A stretch of DNA of 64,000 nucleotides. Source: Mytilus edulis (lineage: Eukaryota). How positions within the stretch are numbered: position 1 is the first letter of the stretch; each line of letters starts with the position of its first letter. The stretch covers positions 61,318,001 to 61,382,000 of the forward strand of contig NC_092350.1 of the NCBI RefSeq assembly GCF_963676685.1, given 5' to 3'. The notes beneath the pieces are model-generated. The model was given only the letters and a program-made list of their open reading frames with translations. It searched no databases and was not told the origin of the DNA. Position numbers and translations under genes: made by a program. Below are positions 1-13,767 of this stretch, piece by piece.

Positions 1-386
1 TTCCATCTTACTTACTATTATATGAATAACATATAAAGTAACATGTTGTGTAATTGTAAAAAAAAGACAAGCCGCGCACTGTCCTCACTGGAACTAAATT
101 CGAAATTGTAAAGAGAGGATTGTGTTAATCGCAACTGTCCTACAACTTAAGAAATGTTACATGAGCAGTGATATTACCTTGATACTATCGACTAATTATA
201 CAAGAAATTTTACAATAAAAATACACTTCGTTCGATAAAAAATTACAAGAATGTGTTTGCTGTCCTTTCTGTTTATTGCTTAGGATTTTCTATAAATATA
301 TGTTATCTCATTGCTGTTGACCATGCCGTTAAAGTTTAAATTGTGTTTTCTTTTATGTGATATAGTGTTCTAAGAATAAAGCATAC

Positions 387-444
387 CTATAAGATCCCAC
401 AAGCCATAACTGTTAATACAGGCCAATGGTCCCCCACTGTCTCC
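387..444 (-). CDS. Serine protease A, exon 6 (GDSGGPLAC, catalytic Ser); final exon lies left of the window
   Basis: GDSGGPLACINSYGLWDLIG; 58 nt with AG/GT; same size as paralog exon 54657-54714. Confidence 0.95.
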
Positions 445-999
445 CTATACAAAAAAGAACTCGATTAAAATAATATATATATGAGTATCGGATTGAAACA
501 AATGATGAAAATTATTAATAGTGCCCATAAAAGTTATTGCAATCTTAAACTGTTAACCGTTAACAAACTGTTAATTAAAGACCAACAAGTTTACATACTT
601 TGTGTCATAAACAACAAAATCTATAAACATCATCATCGTAAAATTAAGCATGTGATATTCTGTTTCTTATAATATTAAATATATATCAAACACGACTAGA
701 CAAACTTTCAGAACGAATCGTGTCATCTTTGATCGAATTAAATAAAAATATAAAAGTAACATATGCTAACTAAATATCTGGTTATCATTAATTAAATGTA
801 TCTAGCATACTTTCAGTGAAAACGGGGTCATAGTGAAGAGTTTAGGACTAAACTCATCGTCAGAAGAGACCCAAGGAATATCAATGTCCAATAAAAGAAT
901 GGAAAAATAACACTGTGTGGCTTGAAATGTCGGCATAGATTTCAAGAGTAATCCCTTCCACCAAACCAAATATTGCAAACATATGAAATGTAATGCTAC

Positions 1000-1142
1000 C
1001 TGACAAAATTCATGTCCACCTGCAGCAGCCCCAGCACATAACATTGTGATTGGATTGTAAGCAGCACCGAAGTAGTTTGTACACTCGGCATCTGGTAGTA
1101 CGCGTTTATAAACTTCTTGAAGTCTATCAGATGTAGAACCAA
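1000..1142 (-). CDS. Serine protease A, exon 5 (DRLQEV...MLCAGAAAGGHEFCQ)
   Basis: LQEV, MLCAG and xxCQ motifs; AG at 1144-1143, GT at 999-998; phases consistent. Confidence 0.93.
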
Positions 1143-2188
1143 CTAAAACAAGTAATGTAAATAAATAAAATGAAAATTAGCTTGAGGTTGACCGTTGATT
1201 TATCTTCATATATACTTTATTATTTTGATGTTGCCTCGATTTTCAATGCATTTTTATCATTGAAATTATATCCAGATATTCAAATCATTAAAATGATATT
1301 CTATTCAGGGCAGCAAAACAAATAACTCTATGATGTCAAATGATTTTCAGTTGATACTGAGAAAAGAAACGAAAGATCGTCTACATATTTCAACAACACT
1401 TTAAGTTATCTAATGTAAAACAAAATATAAGGGTTTTATTCACATGACGTCATACTTTCTTTTTTTGTTTTGTTAATTGAAAATGTAAAATACTACAGCC
1501 TGACTGTTTTCAGATTGTCCAAAAAAATAATTTTCAACGTTTGGTTCCAATTTCTAGTTGGTAAAACATGGTAAATTTCAGACTCATTTCGTGAAGGGGA
1601 AGACAGCCATGTCTGATTATGTCACAAACGAACACATTATTTGTAACATACAATTAAACAATTCGTTCAAACAATTGTTAAAGAACATATTATTCCATTG
1701 TATTCCAGTGTATATGGAAAGGAAGTTATAAGTATGAGAGATCTACTAAAAGCTATTACAAAGTAAACACCATAAGTTAATTCTAATACAGAAAAACGTT
1801 ATCGACTTAGTTTGTTCTAGTTAACAATGATATAGTTAGATGTTTGCTAGTAGAATTCTGTAATTAATCATTTAGTAGTATCATAACGACAGTTGTGACT
1901 GATTGAGTTGACAACGCATTTCTTGATACTTAATTTGCCTTTTAGAATGAAATATAATCAAAGATTCAATTTTGAATGCAAACATTTTTTTCCTTAATTT
2001 TTAAGTTTATTTAAATAATGTCTATTTAGATTTGGCTGTGTTTGACATGTTTAGGTGCATGATTACTATCAATTAACATAAATCATTTGTTATAGTTGAT
2101 GTGTTTAACAATTCCAAAATATAATTTTATTATATCGTTTGCACAAATATTGCTATTCTTTACTGTGACAAACTAATATTCATTTTAC

Positions 2189-2460
2189 CTTCAGAGGTAG
2201 TACCCCATCCTGTTACGACACATAGTTGATACCAGTAATCACGTGATGGAACTGACGTAAGACATATTGGACTTACATCATCGTTTTCTATAACTGTCTG
2301 TGAGAGTTTCATGATTGTAATATCATTGTCAAAGGTTCTTGAATTATATTGATTGTGACTGATAATTGATTGAACATAATACGATCTCTGGTTCTGTTCA
2401 TTGGCAGAACGTGAGTGTACTCCAGTATCGATGGTCCAATCTCCTGGTCTGTTTTCCGTT
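2189..2460 (-). CDS. Serine protease A, exon 4 (FDNDITIMKL with catalytic Asp; PICL; TGWGTT)
   Basis: 272-nt open exon with AG/GT boundaries and DNDI, PIC and GWG motifs; paralogous to 62738-63009. Confidence 0.95.
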
Positions 2461-3355
2461 CTTCAAAACAAAAGCAATTCAATTATATCATTGTAATGTT
2501 AATATCTGACAGGAAAAGTATAGTTTTTCCAGTCAGCTCGTTTTCTATTGTCGAAAAGTGATTGGCATATGTTATTTTGTGTTTCAGGCCGTGAAATGTG
2601 TAAACTTGGATATAGAATGGGGAGTGGTGCCATGGGGAATTGTATCATGTGTATATCGTGTAATTTAGAATGGTATGTTGTGTAATTCGGATGAATAATG
2701 TATCTTGAGATAGGACCAATGATGTAGGCATATCAAGTAGAAATTTGAATTGCATGAAAACGGAAGAAAATTTGTCTATCATATTTTTTTTTTCTTTCTC
2801 ATAAACAAATTTACTGGTCGTTGTCAACAACATTCGACAATGCATCATTGTATTAAAGTTTGCTCCACAAACTTGAAAATTGTTTCATAAGTCGGTTTTT
2901 ATTTGTAATCCGGATTTGTTTTCTCTAAATCGATGTATGACATTTGAACAGCAGTATACTACTGTTGCCTTTATCAAGCGAATACCAGTCAAATATAACT
3001 TTTTCAATCTATATCTGCTAAATACTTCATAGCTTAAAGTACCAAAAAATATTCTCACGTTTACCGATTCGGCGGGTTTTTTTTTTAACCTAATTATGAT
3101 CCTGATTGTTCATCAAGCTATATATGGAGGCATTATTTATGGACATTGTATATTTAAAAAAAATGTGTGCAGATGCGACACAATGATAGATATTGATACA
3201 AATGGGTGTCAAAGAGCTTCTATCAGTTTGCTTTAGGTGACCTTTGGAACATTAACTGCCTTAGAATCTAGTACAAAGATGTTTCAAATATTTTAAGATC
3301 TATCCTTATATGCATGTTTTTAATTAAAATCCAATGATCAAAATAATCAACATAC

Positions 3356-3459
3356 CCATCAACACAGTGAGCAGCCGTTAAAACTACAAGTTGGCCATCG
3401 TTATTTCTGATTAAGACACCTCCACAAGTCAGTGTACTTGTTCTGTACCTTAATATTAC
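3356..3459 (-). CDS. Serine protease A, exon 3 (CGGVLI...VLTAAHC, catalytic His)
   Basis: Translates VILRYRTSTLTCGGVLIRNNDGQLVVLTAAHCVDG; AG/GT boundaries; 104 nt; near-identical to 63393-63496. Confidence 0.95.
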
Positions 3460-4424
3460 CTACAAAATCCATACCAATTGCATTAATTGGAACATATTGA
3501 ACCTAAAGATATACGTGTTGATTTTAAACAAGGGTGATTTATCTTCTATACTGTTTTATTTTCCGATGCATTGAGATTTAAATGTACACTTTCATATTTT
3601 ATGAAATACGTATCAAAGGAAATTGCATAAAAAATTATTAAAGAGAGATTCATTCCTTTTCCCTAAAATAGATATAATAATGACAACTTTGCATCCGCTG
3701 TGCAGCATTTCGAGTTCCGTATACAAGACATTAACCTGATTAAACCACATATCTGTAACTATATTTCTAACACAATGCAATGCTATACATGTATTAAACG
3801 AAATATAGATGCACAAAAGACACGACAGTCTATTATATGATAAAACAAATATGGAATTATTTAAAGACTCTTTTATCTCGTGCTTCAGGTTCTGCCTAAA
3901 TATGGCATACTATATGAATATCATTTGAATATCTTATGAAAGTGATGTAAAATTCTGTTACTAATAATCCCGACACGTATGTTTTATGCATACATTAAGA
4001 ATATAAAATGGTCTTAAACTGTAAGGCAACCCGGAGACGATATATACAATTGTATTTTACTAAATTATAAATGAACGATAGTCAACCCATAATATAACGG
4101 ATATATTCTTGTTTAAACTTAACGTTTTGATGGGGAAAAAATACTGAATCATTTAAACAATAAATTAAAAAATAAATAAATAATAATTAAAAAAAATAAA
4201 TAATAAAGAATCAAACTTTATTTCAACAATCATCAGAAGAGTTAGTTGCAGCCTAAAGGAACATACCAATTTTTTATCAAAATTTTGCAGCTTTTCGTCG
4301 AAGATAAACTTGTTCCACAAAAGCAAATAAACATTGAGTATGCCACATAACTGATTTGTTTAAAATCGTGTAACATGTGTAATACATTCAAGAATTTCCC
4401 TATATTCTAAGGGATATAATTAAC

Positions 4425-4660
4425 TGTTTGCAAAAGTGTAAATTATTCGAAATACTAAGGATTTGTTTTTATTCTAAGCAAAGTATACCTTAGCCGTATT
4501 TTGCACAACTTGTTTAGGAACTTTGGGTCGTCAATGCTCGTCAACATTTTACTTGTTTTGCTTTCTATTTGTTTTTATCTGAGCGTCACTGATGCGTTTT
4601 ACGTAGACGAAACGCACGTCTGGCGTAAAACATTATAAGCATGTATGTTTGATAACTATG
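4425..4660 (+). mobile_element. Degenerate retrozyme copy (hammerhead at 4583-4626, core mutated to CUGAUGC)
   Basis: Reverse-complement homolog of 19724-19970, lying in an intron of protease A. Confidence 0.8.
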
Positions 4661-5356
4661 TAGCAATTTTGAAACCATGAATTCTTGAAAACTTACTTCT
4701 GATGCAAGTCATGTTCCCATACAACTGATTGAACTAAATCCTACTTTAAATGAAGTCAAACTATTTCTCTAAATAAACCTATTGGGATATCTACAACATT
4801 TAATTTAATTTTATTTTGATAAAATACGGTATTCAACAGGAGCCTCTGATTCTGTTATGATACAGGGTTTAAGAATGATAAACTGATAAGGCGAATACAA
4901 CATGAAAGCCAATTATATTTTAGATTTAAAGTGATATAATTTTGTAACCCGGATTTGTTTTTTTCTATCGATTCATGAGTTTCGAACAGCGGTTTACTTC
5001 TGTTGCCTTTATAAGAAAGTATATCTCAAGATAAATGATTATTTCTTTTGAATTAAAGAAAAAATCATTGGCAATAAAAATAGCATGAGAATAGAATTGT
5101 TTCAAAAAACGGCTTTCTTGGTAAATCATCATCATGAACACCAGGTGTCGGATAAACAATTTTTTGTTATCAAATATTTTAAACATTTCAGGGCATCAAA
5201 ACAAAAACATAACCTTTACAGCATAGTAAAGTTCTTTTACACGTTGAGAACTACAGACAATTTATTGCTCACATTGTCAAACCGCAAAGTAAGTTTAACA
5301 TGTTTAATTTGGTTGAACTGATGACCTGAAATGACAACATTTGAAATAAAACATAC

Positions 5357-5472
5357 CCTCCACGGCCAGCTATGCGGAATCGACTCCCTTCCAACACCAT
5401 ATGTAGAAGAAGGAATCGGATGTGGTGGAAATGTTTGGTCTCCACATCCTGTATTCATTAAAATATGTGCAC
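5357..5472 (-). CDS. Serine protease A, exon 2 (propeptide CG and activation region ...STYGVGRESIPHSWPWR)
   Basis: AG acceptor at 5474-5473 and GTATGT donor at 5356; PHSWPW is the typical S1A N-terminal motif; 116 nt, phase 1 to 0. Confidence 0.9.
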
Positions 5473-6029
5473 CTATGTTATAAAAAACGCAATGCTTTAT
5501 ATTTTATATTTTATAGTTTTAGTTTCTGTTAAATCTCTGAAAACAGTAGCGTTAATGCTGACAAATATATCTAGTATGTAAGTGAAAATATACACACAGA
5601 CACTGATAAAAATATAAAACATGAACCCACAAAATAAATATTTAAGTGTCAAAACTTTTCTAGATAAAAGGATTAATAATGTGGAAATTTTTCAAAAAAA
5701 AAGTGGAATATATATATCAATGAATCAAAATAAAAAAAACGAGTAAAAAATTAAACTGAATAAAGTTGGTAAAATAAATAGCCCCCCAAAAAAAGTATAA
5801 AATAAGATTGCTATTACAAATTATCAAATATAAGTTAAAAATTTGAAAACGTATTCAAAAGATGAAAAAAAGGAATATTACCATGTTAAAAATATAATTA
5901 CTGAAATGAAAAATATGTGTGCTACTAAAAAAAACCATACAGTGTACATATTATAAATGAAACATATCTCCAGTTAAAAGAAAGGTTCGATAAATCAAAA
6001 GCAGGCTAACGTCTATGGCACAATGTATC

Positions 6030-6375
6030 ACAGAAACGAATTTAAGGGATTAAAAATGCTTGTCCAAAAAAGTGAGTTTTTAAGTTCTTTTTGAATACAG
6101 GCACCGACTTTGCATTTTGAAGTTTTTTTTGGTAATGCATTCCAAAGGATGGCCGCTGCTTGGTCAAATCTTCTATTGCCGTAGGTTTTGGTTCGCACAA
6201 TAGGAGTTACGAGTGTTAAGTTGTTTTCAGACCTTAATGATCTTGATGGCCTGTATAAATTTATAAGTTCACTAAGATATAATGGCGCTTCATGTTTCAC
6301 GGACTTGAATACATATAATAATATTTTGTATTGCACCCTGTATTGCACAGGCAGCCAGTGAAGAGACTCAAGACT
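6030..6375 (-). mobile_element. 3' end of an L2/CR1-group LINE ORF2
   Basis: LHWLPVQYRVQYKILLYVFK...APLYLSEL...RSLRS...YGNRRF..AAA.LWNALP is the characteristic L2/CR1 C-terminal domain. Confidence 0.88.
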
Positions 6376-6914
6376 TCAATAATGAACTCCGGGGAAAATT
6401 CTAAATATGTTTTCGGTCTATATATACTAGATTGTACAATGTCTGAATTGTAGCCAACAATAAATCTTACTGGGCGATTGATCATATAATTATGATACTA
6501 GTGTATATTTATATACTAGAAAAAGAGTGTTACGTGAGTTTAATATATACATAAGGCACATAACCGGTGGAAGTTACCAAAAGAATATTCAATATTATTA
6601 GTCAAAGACAAACTGACAATGTCATTGCAAAAGACGAAAATGTGTCAGAGACAAACAAAAGTCAACAAAACTCAGAATAGAAAACCAAATTCAATTATCA
6701 TTACCCAACAAAGAACCGAGGGTGATCTCATGTGCTACAGAAGGTACTAAGCAGATATGTTGTGTTGCTTAAAGAAATACACTTTCCGTGAAGTTATATT
6801 CCTAAAAAAGAGGACGGGATTACCTCATCTTCACAACTTGGAGCCCTTGGTTTAAGACTTCCTGGTAAGTAACAGTCCTATATCATGATTTTGTTAATAT
6901 ATAGTTTTTGTATG

Positions 6915-7960
6915 TTCTATAAACTTATCTTGTCTTAGGAAGGGATAAATACTACTTTGTAAAGGATCGTTTTGATTCAAACAAAAAATTCTCTGAAACT
7001 GCCATTATCAAGATGCTTGATTTCTTGATTGACAACATATGTGTTACGCTCGGAGGACGTGTTTTTCAACAGACTATCGGCATTCCACTGGAAACCAATT
7101 GTGCCCCTCTTTTTGCCGACTTGTTCATTTAATTATCATGAGGCTGACTTCATACAGTAACTTGTTAGGAAGAAATTTAAGAAGTTAGCAGTATCCTTTA
7201 ACTCTACTTTCCGCTGTATAGATGATGTTTTTTCACTAAATAGTTCAAAATTTGGTGACTATGTTGAACGCATCTACCCCATTGACCTAGAGATAAAGGA
7301 TACAACAGATACAGTTAAGTCGGCCTCATATCTTGACTTACATCTACAAAATGAGAGGCAGTTGAAAATAAAACTTTGAGACAAAAGGGATGATTTTTGC
7401 TTTCCAATTGTGAACTTTCCAGCAGCACCTGCATACGGTGTATACATCTCCCAATTGATACGATATTCCCGTGCTTGCTTGTATTTCCTTTTATGATTTT
7501 TTTGATAGAGGGTTGTTGCCCACAAGGAAGCTATTAAATCAAGAGATCCAAACAGTGAAGTTGAAATCATCACTTCGTAAATTTTACGGACGCCATCACG
7601 AGTTGGTTGTCCGTTATGGAATAACCATTTCACAAATGATATTGGATATGTTCCTTACGTCGTAACTACAATCCTCTTCCCTTTCATGAATGTGACCTAC
7701 ATAATTAGACTATTTACAGGATTTGTTATCACATAAGCTTGCAACATGTGGAGATGGATCTTCTTACCCTTCCGGAGCACCTGAGATCAATCGTATATTT
7801 CGATGGGGTTCGTGTTATTTATTCTTTAGTTTTCTATGTTGTGTCATTTTTACTATTGTTTGTCTGTTTGTATTTTTTCATATTTAGCCATTGCGGTGTC
7901 TGTTTATTTTCGATTTATAAGTTTGACTGTCTCTCTGGTATCTTTCGTCCCTCTTTTAGC
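6915..7960 (+). mobile_element. 5'-truncated, decayed Penelope-like retroelement (RT C-terminal half and 3' region)
   Basis: MLDFLIDNI...FQQTIGIP...NCAPLFADLF, (C)IDDVFSLN, LEIKDTTDT, PAYGVYISQLIRYSRA; homologous to 28100-28570. Confidence 0.88.
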
Positions 7961-8044
7961 GTATTAAATGTATATAGTTTTCCATCAATCATGTTCCTTG
8001 GAACACGTTTTGAAATATTCTAATTGTTTGGTAGCAATCAATTG

Positions 8045-8470
8045 TTGCAATAAAAAGTAAAATAACAACAACGAAAAACGAGAACTAATGGCAAAATTGA
8101 AAGTTCAAACACTTCAAACAAATGTATTATAACTGTCATCATACTGGCATGTTATCGTCATTTTCTTAAATGTCTTAAACATGGTTTTATAGCTAGCTAA
8201 ACCCCTTTGTCAGTCGAATAAAATTCCATTATTATATTAACAACGATGTGTGAACAAATATAAAAAAACGGACATAATAGGGAAAAAGCACATTAACATA
8301 AACGAAAGACAAGAACACAAAATTTTACCACAGCAAAATAACACTATTACGGGACGAACAAGTACTGCTCCACGTCAAATGAACTCTACCTAAATTATAT
8401 TAAACAGTAAAAATAATAATTTACAAAGACAAATAAAAAACTACTGTAAAATGTTATTAATATGATCTCA
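8045..8470 (-). repeat. Decayed copy of the 3' non-coding region of the Penelope-like family found at 27-29.7 kb
   Basis: Matches 28880-28945 directly and 29300-29720 as reverse complement. Confidence 0.6.
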
Positions 8471-8611
8471 TCTAAAATTGTTACAAACTAGTACATTTGT
8501 TTGATAATTTTATTAATGCGTTAAAATGTGTATACATACAATGGCGTCATATTACACATCAAATTTAAGTTACATTACTTTTCAAAACTTAAATAATTCT
8601 AGAAAACATAC

Positions 8612-8657
8612 CGAAGGTAGCTTCAATTACCACAGCAAATAATGCCAGGCGTCTCAT
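8612..8657 (-). CDS. Serine protease A, exon 1 (signal peptide MRRLALFAVVIEATF-G)
   Basis: ATG at 8657, hydrophobic signal-like peptide, GTATGT donor at 8611; phase 1 matches the next exon. Confidence 0.75.
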
Positions 8658-9594
8658 GTTGAATAATATGTTAACAAACTGCTTATCACTATACTTGTTT
8701 GTTCTGTTTAAATGAAAACATACCATTTGGGGAATACAAATTGATTTTGTTTTTATAATGTAATATTCTGTATAATATGTCAAATCATGTTATCATTATT
8801 TCGATTCATTCGACTTTTTATTTTCATCTATTTCAGATCCAATTTTGTTTTTATTATAAATAAAGATTTGTGTCACCGTTTAAAAGTTACCCTTTTTGTC
8901 CTCTTTTTTGTTATATCTCTGGTCTTGTTTACTAGTCTACACTTCCGAATCACGTAAGAATTTGACTAAGAGTTTCTTATCTAGTGATATAGATGCCTTT
9001 ACTTGATATATAAGCACATACAGTTTATGTCAGCATTTTATATGAGATTGAACTTTATAATTTTTAACATTTGGTTTTTGGAAATGATGTTAAATCCAAC
9101 ATGAAATATGCAACAACCTTATTGAAACTGTATGAAAAGTAATTCTCCCACTAAATGCTTCAATATTAGTCAGATTTGGGTCGTTTTTTAGTTTGAAATA
9201 ATTTGAAATAAGTTACATCACGCTATTTATGGAATATTTTGAAATTTTGCAACATTCTGCCTCAATGTCTGTTACACTTAGTATCCAGGCGCGCAAACAC
9301 GAATCTTAATCATTTTGTTTTATTGTTTGTTTGTTCGTTATAACAATATTAAATGTGTTGAATTTTTTTATAACATTGAACATATTAAAACAGTTGCATA
9401 ATAAAATTATATTTAAAAATGTACCTCATTCAAATATTTCTTTTTTACTGTTTTATTTTAGATATCATCTCTTTAGAAAATAAAATGTCGTATTTTGATT
9501 TCGGATAGTGAAAACATGTGTTGCATTTTTATACACTAAAATTGAAATGACACTCGATGACTGTATATAATACACTAGTAATTTTTATACTTAT

Positions 9595-9825
9595 ACCATT
9601 ATCAACACTCTTCAAAAATACCAGTCTTATAATTGTGGACTTCAGACGAGCATTTACTCTCTAAAAGACTCATCAGTGACACCAAAGCACTTAAGCCCAA
9701 AAATATCATAGGGTTTTGCAAAATTAGCTAAGATTAACTATTCCTGGGTTTGAAAAAAAAGTAATATCAAACAGTTGAAAGTTTTGTTAACAGTTCATTG
9801 ATACTTGTGGCGGTATCATTATTAA
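9595..9825 (-). mobile_element. Highly decayed retrozyme copy
   Basis: CAGACGAGCATTT...AAGACTCATCAGTGAC...GCTAAGATTAACTATTCCTGGG is colinear with the 360-bp unit. Confidence 0.6.
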
Positions 9826-9899
9826 GTCGTCTCAATTTTTTTTAATTTCAAGAAGAAACAAATCACAAAAATCGGTAAAATTCGTAGTAGTTTAAGGTC

Positions 9900-10720
9900 A
9901 ATCACCTCATTGACGATTTCAATTATTAACTTCAAACTTTTCCAACAAAAAATTCAACTATGATTGATTGACTGAGTCTTTTAGGTTGTTTTTCTTCATA
10001 TAAACTTTCTTGGCACTATATTTGTTTTGTCACTAACGTTTTCTTTTTGTTGATTACACATTGTCATATTCGTTAATTAGGTAGACAGTACATTTGTAGA
10101 TCTTGTCTAACTAAATACATATGTTTGCCCAATATCTATAACACTTTCAATGTAATGTTTTTTAACATGCTGACTATTTTCACCTTGTCATTTTGGTTTA
10201 GTTATAAACCAAAAGCTGAAACTGCTTTTAACATGTAAAACTTATTTTACGCAGTTGAATTCCATGTAATTTTACGCTGTTTCTATCAAATAAAATATTA
10301 AAAACCCAGAAATCATGAAATTTATATATTGACTGTGAAAAATTGAAACCAAATTGGACATGTCTTAAATGACAACATTATTTAAATACACCTCTATCGA
10401 ACTTATTAGGGGGTAGATAAAATTTGAAAAATTATCAGCTTAGGAATAACCCTCCTGATAAACCAGGCTATAGGGAATGCATTGTTTTCACTTCAAAAGG
10501 TAACATTCAGGATTTTCCCACTGAATCCAAGATACAGTCTTCGTTATTAACGTTTTATATTCTTCCAAATATTCTTATGATCTAAGTTCGTGAATTATGT
10601 AAAAGTTAATTATTTTAACTTTTGTTCTGGACTGGGATGATATTATCTTTGTTTATAATGTCTGCCTTATCTACAAGGGTTGTACAGTATTATATTAATC
10701 CTTTGAACTAAAAACATACG
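9900..10720 (+). repeat. Extra copy of the TRIM upstream module with no coding exon of its own
   Basis: Colinear with 25780-26700 and 12250-13000 (TGTAGATCTTGTCTA, CTATCGAACTTATTAG, CTGATAAACCAGG, AAAAGGTAA, GTTCTGGACTGGGA). Confidence 0.7.
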
Positions 10721-12640
10721 CGAGGTACAGATTAATGATTTTTTTTAAAGGGCGAGATTCCATAACACATTATACATATAACAGTTAAATTCAAGGCGAA
10801 AAACAATTGTACAAATATACGCTAAAAACGATATATTCGTTACTCTCTGTTTTCATTGTGTATAACTACTACAAGTTAAATTGAGAAACGCAATAGGGAT
10901 TGTGCCAAAGCGACAACAAACTGACCATAGGGTAAACAACAGTCGAAGGCCACCAATGGTTCCTCAATGTAGCGAGAAATTCCAGCACACGGAGGCGTCC
11001 TTCACCTGGCCCCTTAAAAACTATGTATCCTAGGACGTATACAGTGATAATGGATGTCATACTAAACTCCGAATCATACACAAGAAACTAAAATTAAAAT
11101 TCATACAATGCTAACAAAGGTCAGTAAGTAAGTAAGTATCTACTTATCGAAACTTGGGTGTACGCTTTATTCTGCTTTTGTAAATCTGCAAATGCACGTT
11201 TGAAATCTTGTTCATTTAAAAAGACCAGGGAACGAAACTGTAACTCTTTTAGTTATCTCTTCTATCAGTATACACGTAAATTTTCCCTAAGATTTAAGAT
11301 TTACATTAAAAAAAAAAAAAAAGAACGAACCACAAAAATGAAGTCCAATTCACATACATGTACGTATAATCATTAAAAATATCTTTTCTATGGGAACATT
11401 TTGTTTTTAATTTTATAAAATTAATTAGCTACAAAATAGTGCCATCAACCATATCTCTTTTTCTTGTTTCTTTTACAAATACAGCAAGAACTTATAAATC
11501 AATAGAGGTTTTAATTCATTTAAATTGTAGTAAACCAAGGAAATTAAACATTGTTATGGCCTTGACCTTATTTTTTCATATTCCAGTGGTGAGATAAGGT
11601 TTTCTATTATGTTTCTAACTTATAAATTAAACTTTGAAATTAAAGATATTTTGTATATTAGCTAATTACATGTACTTGAATGAGAAAAACCTATTTAATG
11701 TTTCTTTTCAATACTGTTTTCAGTTTGAGATTTAATTGTTAAATTTAGAAATCATTTAAAAAAAACCAGTTGTAGATCTAACCGGCAAAGTTGACATTAG
11801 ACAAATTTGGCTGTACCTTTTAAGGTTATACTTTTTCGTAAAACTGGTGTGTATTCGATTGTTTATACATCTTCTGCTTGTAATACGCTAAACTTTCCAA
11901 TATTTTTTAGATTTTAGCCATGCAATTCTTTTTTCTCATTATTACTTTGATTTGTACACAATATCCTTCTATAGACAAGTAATCACTAACCAATCAATAA
12001 AACAGACAGGTAAAATTGTTATCAAATGGCAAGAACTACTATAACGAGTCGACAAAAGATTTCGGTCATGTTGATATACTTGAATCTGGGTTTTTCCCTA
12101 ATCACGTTCCTGCTTAAAGTTTCTTTATCGACAGTCTCTCTATTCTGTTATTTATTGATTTTTGGGGTATATCTGGGGAACTTTTATTACCTAAATTTTA
12201 GTGTTTCTAAAATCGTGTTCTTGTTACTAAAGATTTCTTCCTTTCGCTAATAAGTGTTGACAGATCTTGTTTAGGTATCATCGGTTTTGTATTTTAAATT
12301 TTCTTTCGATTTATTTGTTTTCAAGATGATAGCAGGAAAACGTTGCAAAGAAAGAAAATATCAGTTGTAATAAGCCCCAAATTGGTTGTTTAATTTATCT
12401 GAAATTTTGAATGTATCTTAATCTGCTGATCAGTTTCACCCTGTTATTAATTTTTTTTTTAAATATCAAACTTACATTTGCGTTTTGATTTCACCGGGAA
12501 AAACTTCTATGTTATTGTATACTGAAATGATATAATTTAAAGAAAAAGTTTAGAAACATTCAACATAATAACGTTAACCGTTAATACGCCCCAATCAAAC
12601 TTATTAGTGTGTAGATAAACTCCAAACATGTAGTAAATAA

Positions 12641-12712
12641 ATCAGTCACGTTATTGATAACTTTTCTGATAAACAAGGAGGGCGGTAATGAACATTCACA
12701 TTAAAAGGTAAT
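12641..12712 (+). promoter_or_regulatory. Putative first (5') exon of TRIM-like copy 1: TCAGT initiator-like motif to AAG|GTAAT donor
   Basis: Module recurs at ~10432-10504, 26381-26453, 44588-44649 and 45200-45262, always ending in AG|GTAA; each coding exon has an acceptor just before its ATG. Confidence 0.5.
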
Positions 12713-13289
12713 ATATTAGAATGTATTCGATATTTCTGAGTTGTATTCTTTCTAATTATCGATTACAAAAGTCACAAATATCGATTTGAAATTTTTCCAA
12801 AGATAATTATGACCTTAAATCGAACCGTTTGTAAAAAATTTATAATTTCAACTTTCTTTCTCGACAGGGACATACCATATATTAATCATCAGTTATAGTA
12901 TGTCCCAGTGATTGTGCAAAATATATTCTTCTTCATAATACTTTAATGTCTAAAAGGATTTGAACATTACTATACCAATCCTTGGAACTATATATTAATA
13001 TACATGTATAAACGTTCAATGGTCTATTCATATAACAGGTTCAGGAAATTGTATTTGATTACATGGTTTATGCATCTCTGATATCAGTATACAGAAACTG
13101 ATTTTTATATTTTTACCCAAGAACACAAAAAGAATAGCTTTAAATAGGGAAGTCCACATCACAGATGTGTAACCATTTAACATATTCTTTCTGAACAAAT
13201 GGTGTTTTGATAAGTTTAACATTATATATCTACAAAATAGTACCAATAATAGTAAATAGTTATCAAAGGTACCAGGATTATAATTTAGT

Positions 13290-13333
13290 ACGCCAGACGC
13301 GCGTTTCGTCTACATAAGACTCATCAGTGACGC
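13290..13333 (-). ncRNA. Type I minimal hammerhead ribozyme (intact core) in retrozyme fragment 13250-13452
   Basis: Minus strand reads GCGUCA-CUGAUGA-GUC-UUAUGUA-GAC-GAA-ACGCGCGUC/UGGCGU: canonical CUGANGA and GAAA boxes, GUC cleavage triplet, palindromic stem III. Confidence 0.88.
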
Positions 13334-13767
13334 TGATATCAAAATATTTATAAAGCCAAACAAGTACAAAGTTGAAGAGCATTGAGGATCAAAAATTCCA
13401 AAAAGGTTGGGCCAAATACGGCTAAGGTAATCTATGCCTGGGATAAGAAAACCCATGCTTAATGTGTACACAAGTACCTAAAAAATTGTTTTTGTCCTAT
13501 TCATGATAGAAAAATCATTATAAAAGTCTTTTAATGCTTTACATGATTCAATAATTTATGTATTTGTTTACTTCAGCAAGATTTTTTTAATGGAGATATC
13601 TTTTTCTTGTTGAATGAGAACATAATAACCTGATTACAAAAACACCCATATATAAAACATGCGATAACGTGTGGCAGTGTTAAAAGGTTATCAGTATTTG
13701 TATCTGTAATTGATGTAATATCAGTATTATCCAACTTCAATCCGATGATTATTTATTATTGGTAGCT

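Noticed and set aside
8751-8757. TATA box of protease A (TATAAAA on the minus strand)
   Set aside because: The position is plausible, but such motifs are ubiquitous at this AT content and there is no TSS evidence.
12488-12506. NF-kB or STAT site in the TRIM upstream modules (TTCACCGGGAAAAAC)
   Set aside because: Does not fit GGGRNNYYCC or TTCN3GAA, and the sequence varies between copies; too weak to call.
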